Shown here piece after piece: positions 1 to 9,480 of a stretch of DNA of 27,073 bases. The DNA is taken from positions 1-27,073 of IMG/VR virus record IMGVR_UViG_3300005805_000386; one strand, written 5' to 3'. The notes beneath the pieces were generated by a model that saw only the letters and a program-made list of their open reading frames with translations, did not search any database and was not told the origin of the DNA. The first letter of the stretch is position 1, and each line of letters starts with the position of its first letter. A program made the position numbers and the translations under genes. This stretch comes from a virus (Duplodnaviria > Caudoviricetes).

Positions 1-3
1 TGG

Positions 4-1287
4 TTACCTTGTTTTTCTTGTTAAAGCCAACGCAGCTTCCAATTCTTCATCTGACATCTTTGATATTTCTTCTAATTCCTGATCGGGCATTATTTGTAAT
101 TTTGAGCCAGGAGATTTTCTCATTTTATCCCATTCAGCAAAGCTCATTCTGTCATAATTGTATTTGTAACCTTTAAAGGCGTGAGTGTCTTTATATTGTT
201 TCCAAAGAGGTAGAATTTCACTAGCTCTTCCTTTTAATAGGTATTCTTCTAATGCGCCTATGTATTCCCCATTAAGATCAGCTACAATTTGCATTTGTTC
301 AATTAATGCTTTGTTTTCGGTTGGTGTATTTAAGGAAGAAGGAAGAGTTTTAATAATCATTTCAGTTTCTTTATTAGAAACGGCACCTGGGGAACGCAGT
401 GCTTGAACTCCTTTTGGCGCTATACTATCCAATACTTTTTGTGCAGCTCTTTGTTTTGCTTCTTCCATGCCTCCTGCGGTGGGAACCCGTGCATAAAAAG
501 TAGATGCGATTTCCCTTGCAGCTTTGATAGGAAATGGGCCACCAGTTTCGCCAGCTCCTTCAACGCCAACTCTAGCGTTAAAAAGCATTTCTTTCGCAGA
601 GTCGGATTTGACTCTTGCTTCTTTAATTTCTTTGCTTACGTCTTCTATTGCTATATCTTCACCTTGCATTTGTTTTTTCACATATTTATTTGCTTCAGAA
701 GGAGACATTCTAAGGTTTTTAGTCGCGTGTGCAAAAAACTCATCATATTTTTTCTGATAAATATTTTCTTCTTCTGGAGGTGTTTCTGCCTTCATGCCTG
801 GTCCAGCTAGATAAGCATCGGAAGTTGGACTAAACGCTTGCTCAAATGGAACACCTTTACTAATTGCTATTTGCTTTTGAACGTCCATTTCTGCTTTCTT
901 TCTATTTATAAGTTCTTTCTGTTCAGCAGTTCCAAGCTGTCCGTATAAACTCATGGCAAGAGGAGATAGCCTGTCAGCATATTTAGATTGCTGTAAAACA
1001 TTACCAATCTCTTCTTGACTAGAAGCACCCATGAGAGCAGTCAATTCAGGCAATATGGCTTTGTTTTCTTCCTCAGCTTGTTTTTTAGCTTGATAGCCAA
1101 GTAGTCCTGCTAATAACGAGCCGCCCAACACACGAGCTAAATTGCCACCAGTCGAACCATAAGGGTCAACAACACCTGGTAATGCCGAAGCAATGCCAGT
1201 AGCCGCAGCACCGTAGGAGGTTTCAGCAGGTTTAGAAAACACCCCTTGTTGTGCCATTAGTTGTTTAAAAAGCTCGCTTGTTGCCAT
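4..1287 (-). CDS. Putative internal virion / DNA ejection protein (427 aa)
   Basis: Lies downstream of the nozzle gene. Has an N-terminal Gly/Ala hydrophobic segment (LGGSLLAGLLGY), a helical charged body and a GAVSNKE...LP motif of the kind seen in podovirus ejection proteins. Confidence 0.6.
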   Translation of the reverse strand: MATSELFKQLMAQQGVFSKPAETSYGAAATGIASALPGVVDPYGSTGGNLARVLGGSLLAGLLGYQAKKQAEEENKAILPELTALMGASSQEEIGNVLQQSKYADRLSPLAMSLYGQLGTAEQKELINRKKAEMDVQKQIAISKGVPFEQAFSPTSDAYLAGPGMKAETPPEEENIYQKKYDEFFAHATKNLRMSPSEANKYVKKQMQGEDIAIEDVSKEIKEARVKSDSAKEMLFNARVGVEGAGETGGPFPIKAAREIASTFYARVPTAGGMEEAKQRAAQKVLDSIAPKGVQALRSPGAVSNKETEMIIKTLPSSLNTPTENKALIEQMQIVADLNGEYIGALEEYLLKGRASEILPLWKQYKDTHAFKGYKYNYDRMSFAEWDKMRKSPGSKLQIMPDQELEEISKMSDEELEAALALTRKTR

Positions 1288-1290
1288 AAT

Positions 1291-2205
1291 TTAACTCCCT
1301 AACCAACTACCTATTCCAGCTCCAATTCCTTGAGCCAATCCAGCAGCTACACCAGCTCCCGTGCTAGGTCTTGGAGCCATTTGTTGCAATGCAGCCTGAT
1401 TCGCAAAATCAAGTGAAGATCGTAGACGTAACATCTCAGCTTGCTGTTCAGGGCTTAATTGACCAAATTGACCAATCTTACTTTGTGTGACGCCATAGCC
1501 ACCTTGAATGTTAGCAAGCCTTTCTCTTGCTTCCCTTTCAAGTCTATTTTCCTCAGTCTCAAATTGTTGCCGTGAACCTAATTGCTGCATAGCTCCTTGT
1601 TGGGCAAAGAAAGGTTGATAGGCTTGTAGCATACTTGCTGGAAGTTGATATTGCTGTACTGCCTGACCAAATCCTTGAGCTTGTGCTTGTTGAGCAGCCT
1701 GGTTAGCGCTACTCATTGCAGATTGCCTTGCTAAATCTTGAGATTGACTCAACTGAGACTGCATAGTTTTGTAGGCTTCGCTGTTTGGGTCTAATCCTCT
1801 TTCCGCAGCCATTTGTCTAAACTCTGCTTGTTGTCTAGCAAACTCTGGCTCTTGAGTACGCTGGAATTGTCCGTAAACATTCTCGTAAGCTTTGTTCATT
1901 TGCTCTTGAAACGAGCCTGGTTGAAACGCACCTTGTTGTTGCAAGTAACCAAACTGTTGTTCAACGCCTTGGGTTGTACCAGTGCCTAAACGTTGCATCT
2001 GCTGTTCTGGAGTAAGTTGAGTAGTTGGAGCAGTAGGAGATGGGGCAATAAGACCATTTTTTTGTAATCGTGCTATTTGTTTTGGCCCCAAAGGAATACC
2101 AGCAGCTTGTCTACCTACCAATTCCTTAAGTGTAAACTTAGGCTTCTTTTTTGTTTTAGCAGCATTAGGACTTTGTGCTAATGCGCCTTGTGGTTGTTGT
2201 GCCAT
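1291..2205 (-). CDS. Putative ejection/pilot protein (304 aa)
   Basis: Gln/Ala-rich coiled coil with a C-terminal glycine-zipper (GAGVAAGLAQGIGAGIGSWLG). Immediately follows the nozzle gene. Confidence 0.6.
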   Translation of the reverse strand: MAQQPQGALAQSPNAAKTKKKPKFTLKELVGRQAAGIPLGPKQIARLQKNGLIAPSPTAPTTQLTPEQQMQRLGTGTTQGVEQQFGYLQQQGAFQPGSFQEQMNKAYENVYGQFQRTQEPEFARQQAEFRQMAAERGLDPNSEAYKTMQSQLSQSQDLARQSAMSSANQAAQQAQAQGFGQAVQQYQLPASMLQAYQPFFAQQGAMQQLGSRQQFETEENRLEREARERLANIQGGYGVTQSKIGQFGQLSPEQQAEMLRLRSSLDFANQAALQQMAPRPSTGAGVAAGLAQGIGAGIGSWLGS

Positions 2206-2207
2206 AA

Positions 2208-3722
2208 CTATACTTGTCCTCCTTGGTCAAACCTAATTTCAAATCCGTAAATTTGACAATCAGAATTATTAACTGAGCCTCCAAATCTTATTGCTGCACT
2301 ATGCCCCTGACCACGGACGGCATAACGATTGAAAATGTATTCTGTAGGGGATGACCAAGGTGAGCCCCAAGGTGAGCCCCAGGGAGTGATGGTTGCACTG
2401 CCTGTTGTGATTGTATCAACAGTTATTCTCCTTTGGAAGTCAGTATCTATACCTAGAGAAAAGGTTAGCCCCTTTTTGGTTTTTAGTAGCGGTCTAATAT
2501 CTTTGAACGCTTTGTAGTTGCCTCTTGAACCGTAGAAAGAAAACGCTGTACGTCCAGCAAAAGTAATGGCAGCACCATTGTCCCGATAGCCATCCTCTGC
2601 TTCAAACACTTTACCGCTATACGAGCCGTAATAAGGTATGCCATCGGCACATAAGAGAGTTATTCCATCGCCCCTATTATTCAGCGTATAAACGCACCAT
2701 CCTTTCGTATCTATGCTGTAAACGAGCATGGAAGTAGAAGACTCGCTTGTAGGTACATTTACATAAACTCTTCTACCTTGCGGCCAAAACATTCCATGCC
2801 ACCTTGGAGAGAATGGCGTGGTTGCTGCATATTCTGTAATGTAGGGATTAATACGGTAAGATACGACATTTAGGGCCTGTTCTGGATCGCTTTGAAATAG
2901 TGCTGAAAGAGGCACAATACCTTGTTGAGTAAGTATCCAGACATCGTTATTTACTCGTAAAAAAGCTCTATAGCCTAATGGTTGACCTATAACGAAACGA
3001 GCTACTAGCGACCAGTTTGTATCAGCAGGGCTTGAGCCAGCATAAAAAAGAATCTCTCCTTCGCTGCTGCAAGCAAAGAAATAGTCACTAGAAACGGTAG
3101 TAGTGTTGTTTGTGTAGCTACCAGCAAATAGTAGGTTGCCACCCTTCTTCATGGCGTATTGAAGGTCAAAAGAGGTAAGAGCACCGCTTATGGCTTGAGT
3201 GCCTCCATACCAAAACTTCATTGTGTTCTTTTCAACAAAGTACAATCTCTCTTTGTACGAAGCTACGTTAATAAGGTTAGCTAGAGTAACACCCGTGAAC
3301 GTCGAATCTGCGACGGTAGTACCGTTATAAACCTGTAGGGTATCTTGTCCATTAGCCAAATACAGCCTAGAGCCAAACTGCTCAGTCTGCATATTGCTAT
3401 ATGTTGCAGAAATTGGAGTTGTTCCAGTGATATCAGTTGCTACGCCAGCTACGATTTTAAATATCTTAGGTGTGCCACCTTCTACAACAGCGATAATTTC
3501 AGTTGTGCCGTCGGTTTTATTATAAGCAGCTAAAGTATTTACCGCAGTATTACTTGCCGATAAATCTGCGTATTGAGTATAGCCTTTACGAGTAATAGGA
3601 GCTGTAGGCCCAGGAAAAATATTCTCAAGCTCCAGAGCAAACTCTGGAGGCATTGCATCTATTGGACTTACTAAATCCAATCCTCCAGAGGGAGGAGACA
3701 TTGTAAATCCTTCATGTGGCAT
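2208..3722 (-). CDS. Tail nozzle / tail tubular B (P22 gp10-like stabilisation protein), 504 aa
   Basis: N-terminal PPSGGL...ENIFP motif, beta-propeller-like repeats (RLYLANG, RLYFVE), a C-terminal Trp repeat, and size and position in a podovirus tail module. Confidence 0.75.
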   Translation of the reverse strand: MPHEGFTMSPPSGGLDLVSPIDAMPPEFALELENIFPGPTAPITRKGYTQYADLSASNTAVNTLAAYNKTDGTTEIIAVVEGGTPKIFKIVAGVATDITGTTPISATYSNMQTEQFGSRLYLANGQDTLQVYNGTTVADSTFTGVTLANLINVASYKERLYFVEKNTMKFWYGGTQAISGALTSFDLQYAMKKGGNLLFAGSYTNNTTTVSSDYFFACSSEGEILFYAGSSPADTNWSLVARFVIGQPLGYRAFLRVNNDVWILTQQGIVPLSALFQSDPEQALNVVSYRINPYITEYAATTPFSPRWHGMFWPQGRRVYVNVPTSESSTSMLVYSIDTKGWCVYTLNNRGDGITLLCADGIPYYGSYSGKVFEAEDGYRDNGAAITFAGRTAFSFYGSRGNYKAFKDIRPLLKTKKGLTFSLGIDTDFQRRITVDTITTGSATITPWGSPWGSPWSSPTEYIFNRYAVRGQGHSAAIRFGGSVNNSDCQIYGFEIRFDQGGQV

Positions 3723-3726
3723 TTAC

Positions 3727-4341
3727 TTACCTTCTGTTGAACAATGATCCGAAATTAGCGCCAATTCCTGGAGCAAAATTCATTGGCCCATCTCTTCCAA
3801 CAAAATATCCAGTATCCATTGGAGCCGAAGGAAGTGTCATTTGTCCTTGTTGCTGTGGCATATACTGTTTTTTAGCAATATCAAATTGCTGCTGAGGTGT
3901 TAGTTGACTTAAAAAGTTCGGAGCACCAGGAGTTGCTGGAAACGTTGGTCTCTGACCTGGTTGAAATGGCATCATCCCATCAGTTTGAGGTGGTTGCATC
4001 ATTCCCTGTGGCATTGGTGTTTGTTGCGGAGGAGTAGGGTTTTGTCCAGCTCTGATCATAGATTGTGAAAACGGTTGATTTGAAGAGTTTACTAATTCAC
4101 CTTGTGCATTTCTATATACTCCAGGAGACAGTCTGTTTAATTGCTGTGGTTGTTGCTCGCCTTGTCCAGCATTACCCAATCGCCTCATTTGAAATGGGCT
4201 TAACTGTTCACCACCAGCTTGCATTTCTTTTAATTCTTTTATTGTATTGGCATACGGCTCTCCCGTCTTGGGATTTATGTTTCTATTCATTCTTAATCCG
4301 CCACCAGTTCTAGGTGCCATTGCCATCATTCCGTTTGCCAT
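3727..4341 (-). CDS. Gln/Pro/Met/Gly-rich low-complexity protein, possibly virion-internal
   Basis: AGGAG RBS upstream and tight packing with both neighbours. Composition suggests disorder. Confidence 0.55.
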   Translation of the reverse strand: MANGMMAMAPRTGGGLRMNRNINPKTGEPYANTIKELKEMQAGGEQLSPFQMRRLGNAGQGEQQPQQLNRLSPGVYRNAQGELVNSSNQPFSQSMIRAGQNPTPPQQTPMPQGMMQPPQTDGMMPFQPGQRPTFPATPGAPNFLSQLTPQQQFDIAKKQYMPQQQGQMTLPSAPMDTGYFVGRDGPMNFAPGIGANFGSLFNRR

Positions 4342-4353
4342 AATTGCTCCTTA

Positions 4354-5700
4354 CTATGCGTTTTGTAAAAATCCATTTGTTGGTTGTTTAGTAGCTTCTG
4401 AAGTAGGCTCTTGCCATATCCATTTTTTACCATCAAAAATTTGATTTACTTGTTGGTAATTAGGACGATCACCACTTCCTACATTTTTACTTGCTGTTCG
4501 TACATCACCAGCTTTGAAGTTGCCGTATTGTCTATCAACGTCCGTCCAATCGAATCCAGTATCTTTTCCAGTATTCTTCCAATTTTCGTACCTAGCTTGA
4601 TATTCTGCGTACTTATTAGGATCGTTCTTAGCTGCTTCGTAAGCAGCCTTCGCAGCTTCTTGATCTTTTAATAACACTTCGCCTTTTTTGCTATAGAAAC
4701 CACCGCCTGATTCAATAGCAGCCGCAGTTGCCATATATCTATCAAATTCTCCCATGTTATTTAGATATTCTGGGCCATACGTACTAAGCATACCCTCATA
4801 GCCCCACATGGCAGTTGGTATTCTAAATGGGTTTTCGTTAGGATCGGCTGAGCTAGTGAGTCTCTTCCATTCGTTAGCAGAAGCATCCCTTTCTTCTTTT
4901 GTTTGCGTATCGGGCAAAAATTGCGGTCTACCCTCAGCATCTAGCCTACCAAGGGACTGTAATTGTTCTTTGCTAAATCCAATATCTAAAAGGTGTTCAG
5001 TTTGTCGCTTATTTCTTTCTCGTGTAGTTACCTTGTTATCGGTAATCAATGCACCTATTACTGGAGCAGCAATTAGACCAGCCCATCCTATTGGCCCAAG
5101 AGCTAATCCCAACCCTGTTAATCCTCCAGCAACACCAGCTCCACCTAAACCAGCAGAAATTGGATCACCTTTTTCAATTCCTTTAAATGCACCATAAGCT
5201 CCCAAACCAACACCAGCAACACCTAGCGCACTTGATAAGGCAGAACCAGGGGCAAACATTCCACCTTGAGCTGGAGGAACTGCGCCACCTGCAATTCTTT
5301 CAGCACCCACTAATTCTACTGGAGGAACTGCGCCGGCCACGGAAGTGACATTTTGTGGGGCATTTGCAAACAGATTAGTTATTGCTTGATCTGCACTAGG
5401 TGTACTATTGAAAATCCCGCTTAGTTTTTGACCAACAGTCGATAAATCGCCTCTTAGACCACCCAATACCTTCTCGCCAGCAATTACATCTTTAATGGCT
5501 TGAGTGCCTAGCTTGCCACCAACTAATCCAGCAATTTGCCCCATTCCTGCTTTTGATTGTGCAGAAGTTTGTCGACCTGCTATACCACGAGATATTTTAC
5601 CTAGCCCAGATTGATGATAAGCAGTCATTGGATCGGCACCCTGCATCACCATGTCAACATAGCGGTTATATGCGTCAGCCGATTGCTCTCGTGTTATCAT
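4354..5700 (-). CDS. Putative ejection protein with Gly/Ala hydrophobic hairpin (448 aa)
   Basis: ATGA overlap with the adaptor stop. Central segment ALGVAGVGLGAYGAF...GLGLALGPIGWAGLIAAPVIGALI looks membrane-inserting. Confidence 0.55.
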   Translation of the reverse strand: MITREQSADAYNRYVDMVMQGADPMTAYHQSGLGKISRGIAGRQTSAQSKAGMGQIAGLVGGKLGTQAIKDVIAGEKVLGGLRGDLSTVGQKLSGIFNSTPSADQAITNLFANAPQNVTSVAGAVPPVELVGAERIAGGAVPPAQGGMFAPGSALSSALGVAGVGLGAYGAFKGIEKGDPISAGLGGAGVAGGLTGLGLALGPIGWAGLIAAPVIGALITDNKVTTRERNKRQTEHLLDIGFSKEQLQSLGRLDAEGRPQFLPDTQTKEERDASANEWKRLTSSADPNENPFRIPTAMWGYEGMLSTYGPEYLNNMGEFDRYMATAAAIESGGGFYSKKGEVLLKDQEAAKAAYEAAKNDPNKYAEYQARYENWKNTGKDTGFDWTDVDRQYGNFKAGDVRTASKNVGSGDRPNYQQVNQIFDGKKWIWQEPTSEATKQPTNGFLQNA

Positions 5701-6551
5701 ATAAATGTTCCGAAGGTAGCAATACCATCTCTAGCAAACACCAGATTCCTCTGGAGTCCACCCGTGTATAGAATCTTTCCAGGATTAGCTCTGCTGTAAT
5801 CTTCGTTGATTTGCACTTCAAACTTAGGCACAACAGTCAATCCGTGAATTTCTGCAAATCTCTCTAGTACACCTTGTTCAAGCGTCTTTTCGCTAAATAC
5901 CGATAAATCAGTGTCGGCTAAGAATTCTGGATATGCTCCTGAATAATAAGTCCAGGTAACACCACCATCGCTAACAGAGCCACTAGTATGAGTAGGAGGA
6001 GTAGCACCGCTAGTCCCTCCAGCTGATGTTTGATAATAGTTACCATCGTAGAACGTGTAGGCATTTGCAGCATAAAGCGTCCCTGTTACCCATGTAGCAG
6101 GACGAGCATACCGTTCTGCTACATATTGAAAGATTATAACTTGCCCAGTTGTGTCTGGAGTAGGACTCATCAGTATTTGACTATTGCTGAGTCCCCTGAT
6201 CTGAAATCGCTGATAAACTGTAGTGTTTAAGCCATAGCCTAAAATCTCAGCATACTCCTGTTCAGTCATTGGCCCTAGTAACCGCCACCTTGTGCTTTGA
6301 TTCCAGAATGTATTGTAGTGATAATAAGAGAAAGCAGCAGGTAGTTGATAAGAGGCTTGCCCACTAACTGTAGTGAAGCTACCAGAGGCGAAAAGCACTG
6401 GCCACAAATACTTCTCGCCTATCTCACGATTGATACGCTGAACCATTGTACGAAGTTGCTTCGTAGTAGTTTCAGTTGAAGTAGTTACATTGGTTTCAAC
6501 AGTGTAACCAGCTTCATTGGCAACATTCGTAACAATCGTGGATAGAGTCAT
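5697..6551 (-). CDS. Head-tail adaptor / tail tubular A-like protein with inserted carbohydrate-binding-like module
   Basis: MTL..IV..VA.E N-terminus plus T.SGQASY.LP, P.PD and F.AD.D motifs typical of podovirus adaptors. Residues ~153-203 look like an insert. Confidence 0.7.
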   Translation of the reverse strand: MTLSTIVTNVANEAGYTVETNVTTSTETTTKQLRTMVQRINREIGEKYLWPVLFASGSFTTVSGQASYQLPAAFSYYHYNTFWNQSTRWRLLGPMTEQEYAEILGYGLNTTVYQRFQIRGLSNSQILMSPTPDTTGQVIIFQYVAERYARPATWVTGTLYAANAYTFYDGNYYQTSAGGTSGATPPTHTSGSVSDGGVTWTYYSGAYPEFLADTDLSVFSEKTLEQGVLERFAEIHGLTVVPKFEVQINEDYSRANPGKILYTGGLQRNLVFARDGIATFGTFI

Positions 6552-7207
6552 TACTCCCCTTTCTTAGACCGTCCTCTTTTAGGAGCAGTCTCTTCCAAAT
6601 CGTCAATTTCTACTGGAGCAGACCTTACAGCCCGTTCCATCCTAATACCTTCATTTGCTTCTACTCTTTGCATGAGTAGCTCAATTTGATGCTCTAAGCG
6701 GTCACTTCTATTCTTCTCTCGCTCCAAAGCTTCTCTTAATGCTACTACTTGAGCTTGCTCTGAATTAGCAGCAGCCATCCATTCTTTAGCTTCTTTTACA
6801 AATTTAGCTAAAGGCCCCATACGTCGCTTTACTTCATCATTAGCTTCGGCAAGTTGCTCAACAGTGCGGAATCCCAAGTAAGCTAGTTCATGTACAGCAC
6901 TAGCAGTTACTCTTGTCCATTCTTTTAATGGCATCCCTGATTGCACTGGCCCATTGCCAGCAGTGAAAGCTGCGTAAAGTGCAGCGTGTTCTTGCTTATC
7001 CTTCTCTTCAATCGCTCTAACAGTTTCATCACCTCCTGGCCACTGTATCGAGATGGAAGGAATTTCGTCATAAACGTCGCGTCCCGCTTCATGCGACTTC
7101 TGCTCATTTTTTCTTACAACATTGAGGAATTTTACATTAGCACCAGACCAGCGACTCTTTTGTTGTTGCTGTCCTGACATTATGCTATTCCAGTCAATTA
7201 GCGCCAT
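6551..7207 (-). CDS. Conserved-looking phage protein (218 aa) with HhH-like motif, coiled coil and basic tail
   Basis: AGGAG RBS, GFRTVEQLAE motif, C-terminal PKRGRSKK, and TAATG coupling to the adaptor gene. Confidence 0.6.
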   Translation of the reverse strand: MALIDWNSIMSGQQQQKSRWSGANVKFLNVVRKNEQKSHEAGRDVYDEIPSISIQWPGGDETVRAIEEKDKQEHAALYAAFTAGNGPVQSGMPLKEWTRVTASAVHELAYLGFRTVEQLAEANDEVKRRMGPLAKFVKEAKEWMAAANSEQAQVVALREALEREKNRSDRLEHQIELLMQRVEANEGIRMERAVRSAPVEIDDLEETAPKRGRSKKGE

Positions 7208-7216
7208 ATTGTTCTC

Positions 7217-7247
7217 CTATAATTAGGCATTTACCGCCCAACTATAG
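7217..7247 (-). promoter_or_regulatory. RNA hairpin abutting the RBS of the 218-aa gene
   Basis: Minus strand reads CTATAGTTGGGC-GGTAAAT-GCCTAATTATAG, a 12-bp stem with two G-U pairs. The 3' arm includes the first AG of AGGAG. Confidence 0.5.
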
Positions 7248-7248
7248 C

Positions 7249-7566
7249 TTATCCCTCAACGACCGTCACTGTGTTAATGGTTCCACCGCTAGTCTGATAC
7301 GCCGTTATTGCGCCTTGCGGTAAAAAGCCATCCTCGAATCTTAAAATGTTTTGACCAGCAGTGCTTGGTAAAACTATACAAAAATTGGTTGAAGTTGGTG
7401 CAATTCCAGTTAAAACAGCACCGTTTGTATTAATTGCTATATTAGCTGCACTGTTATTTTGAATGAGTAAAAACTTACGATTTACGTTAGCAGCAGCTAT
7501 GGTGACGCTGGTAGCCGTGGCGATTGATGGAGTAGTTGTGGTGGTATTGCCAGTAAAATTTGTCAT
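7249..7566 (-). CDS. Small beta-sandwich virion protein (105 aa), possible head spike/decoration
   Basis: Thr/Ala/Asn-rich with an NRKFLLIQNNS...IVLP motif. Resembles the C-terminal domain of the 548-aa protein. Confidence 0.55.
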   Translation of the reverse strand: MTNFTGNTTTTTPSIATATSVTIAAANVNRKFLLIQNNSAANIAINTNGAVLTGIAPTSTNFCIVLPSTAGQNILRFEDGFLPQGAITAYQTSGGTINTVTVVEG

Positions 7567-7580
7567 AAATCCCCAAAGAT

Positions 7581-7608
7581 AAAATTAAGGGGGAGTTGCC
7601 TCCCCCTT
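7581..7608 (-). terminator. Intrinsic terminator-like hairpin
   Basis: Minus strand reads AAGGGGGAG-GCAA-CTCCCCCTT followed by AATTTT. GNRA loop, directly after the stop at 7612. Confidence 0.7.
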
Positions 7609-7611
7609 TAA

Positions 7612-7953
7612 TTATAAGGCTTTTGTAAACTTGAGGTAGTAATAAGTTACGCCATTACTAAATACCAAGAATCCGTTGGTATCAGTATCAGCATCCTTAA
7701 CTACGCCAATAAATCCAGTTCCAACTGTAGCTGGAGCACCAAAAGAAGTAGTCAACTCAGCGTTAGTAGGAGTAGTATCGTTTACGTTATTAATTGCCAT
7801 TTTGGTACGGATACCTGCACCTGTAGCGTTTACAGCACCAGTCAGCGTAGAAGCACCAGTCACATTTAATGTGCCAGTGAACACACCGTCAGATACCGCA
7901 GTAGCCAATTCAGGAGGCATACCCAAACCAATTAATGTAGATGCACCTGCCAT
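7612..7953 (-). CDS. Putative virion structural protein (113 aa)
   Basis: AAGGAGA RBS, L.GLGMPPELA N-terminus, Thr/Gly-rich, and located in the capsid module. Confidence 0.55.
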   Translation of the reverse strand: MAGASTLIGLGMPPELATAVSDGVFTGTLNVTGASTLTGAVNATGAGIRTKMAINNVNDTTPTNAELTTSFGAPATVGTGFIGVVKDADTDTNGFLVFSNGVTYYYLKFTKAL

Positions 7954-7963
7954 ATTAATCTCC

Positions 7964-7989
7964 TTTTAAAAGGGGGCCGTAGCCCCCTT
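7964..7989 (-). terminator. Intrinsic terminator after the capsid/decoration genes
   Basis: Minus strand reads AAGGGGGC-TACG-GCCCCCTTTT, with a UNCG tetraloop closed by C-G and a U tract. Confidence 0.75.
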
Positions 7990-7994
7990 AATAA

Positions 7995-8480
7995 TTAGTT
8001 CACTACCATCAATCCAGTAGTAGCAACTTCAACAGCAGTAGCAGTACCAGCTACGGTTGTTAGTCCGACTACGTTCTTAACGAGAGTTGTAGAAGCATCG
8101 TCAGCTACGCCATCAGTTGCAGTAGTGTTGGTGTTAGCTAGGGCAGTATAGTTAATATACTTTCCTTTGATGCCAGAACCAGTTCCAGCACCAGCAGCAC
8201 CACCAATAAATACCCAAAGGTATTCATTGTCAGCAGCAGCAACTTGAGCAATACCAACAGCCTTGTTGCCTGATGTTGCAGTTGTTGTTGTCAACATATC
8301 TGCTTGTCCAGCAGCGGATATAACTACGAACGCATATTGGTCGATAGCTCCATCAGCTTGCACAAACATAAATTCACCCTCTGGGCAGCTTCCAATATCA
8401 GTTACCTTCGCAGGTAATGGAATCGTAACACCATCCCAAACTTTCTTGTAATTTACTCCGAATGATCCTGAAGCACTCAT
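7995..8480 (-). CDS. Capsid decoration/cement-like protein (161 aa)
   Basis: Directly after the MCP gene with a strong RBS. GEFMFVQA, VGIAQ and EYLWV motifs are typical of beta-tulip cement proteins. Confidence 0.65.
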   Translation of the reverse strand: MSASGSFGVNYKKVWDGVTIPLPAKVTDIGSCPEGEFMFVQADGAIDQYAFVVISAAGQADMLTTTTATSGNKAVGIAQVAAADNEYLWVFIGGAAGAGTGSGIKGKYINYTALANTNTTATDGVADDASTTLVKNVVGLTTVAGTATAVEVATTGLMVVN

Positions 8481-8505
8481 ATAATATCTCCTTTAATCTT
8501 AACTA

Positions 8506-9462
8506 TTATTGATAAATAACAGCTTGAAGAGCTGGAGCTGAACAACAGAGGTTTCCTTCAACAATAATTACTGTGAAGAAAGCATCTTGATCAACTGGAC
8601 GAGCCATGTCAGGAGCAAGAGGTTTGAAGTCTGCGCCACGAACAAGATCCATTGTCCAGTACTTAGTGTTCAGAAGACGGCAGCTATTTGTCTCAAGAAC
8701 GGAGGAGTTGTATCCACCATCGAAAACAAACGAGCAACCATCATATTCCAAGGCTCTGAAGCCAGCTACAGCTTTCTTTGTAGGCAGCTGTATTCTCTGA
8801 ATAGCGGTTAGAGAGCTATGGAGAAATTTCCAAGCTGTTCTATCCATGATTCCGAGGTCAGGCATCTCATCACCACGGGTTACGCGGCTAATAGCGTCAG
8901 TGATTTGCTCTTGCACGTTTGATGCAGAGAGAGTCACGTTGACAGCTATGTTTTGAGCGAAGGTGTTGGTAGAACGGTCAATAGAACCGTAAGTACCAGA
9001 AGACGGAGAAGTAGAAACAGCTTTCTTCAAACCGTCAAACTCCAATCCGCCCGAACCAGTACCATCTCCTCTCAGGGAGGTAGATACAGTGTTCTTCAAA
9101 CGAGCAATAGAAGCCTTCATCTTGGTCTCTACTAGATCAAGAAGTTGAGCTTCATCTCTATTAGCACGACGATCACGACCAGAAATCGCTACAGGCTCAT
9201 AGCACTGTTTGATAGCGAATCTGAACGCAGTAAAATCGTCAATTGCGTCTAGGTTAAATGAGCTGAAACCAGCGTAGAATCCGCCAACAGCAGAATCATT
9301 GTACATGATCGGTTTGCGTAATTCGTATCCGCCAGAAAAGCGTCTTACGTTCCCGTTCTCCTGCAATGCAGCTAGAACAGGGTTATGATGCATAATCTCA
9401 TCCGCGATCGCATCGCTTTGATCAAATAATGTAGCCACGACGGCTTCTTCTAAATTTGCCAT
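8506..9462 (-). CDS. Major capsid protein (HK97-type fold), 318 aa
   Basis: Follows the scaffold gene. Has FSGG...PIMY, GDGTGSGG..FDGL, TYGSIDR and C-terminal GNL.CS..LQ motifs. Confidence 0.85.
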   Translation of the reverse strand: MANLEEAVVATLFDQSDAIADEIMHHNPVLAALQENGNVRRFSGGYELRKPIMYNDSAVGGFYAGFSSFNLDAIDDFTAFRFAIKQCYEPVAISGRDRRANRDEAQLLDLVETKMKASIARLKNTVSTSLRGDGTGSGGLEFDGLKKAVSTSPSSGTYGSIDRSTNTFAQNIAVNVTLSASNVQEQITDAISRVTRGDEMPDLGIMDRTAWKFLHSSLTAIQRIQLPTKKAVAGFRALEYDGCSFVFDGGYNSSVLETNSCRLLNTKYWTMDLVRGADFKPLAPDMARPVDQDAFFTVIIVEGNLCCSAPALQAVIYQ

Positions 9463-9480
9463 ATATACTTATCCTTTAAA

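Noticed and set aside
2355-2381. 12-bp tandem repeat CCAAGGTGAGCC
   Set aside because: It encodes the WGSP-WGSP motif inside the nozzle protein and is not a CRISPR or regulatory array.
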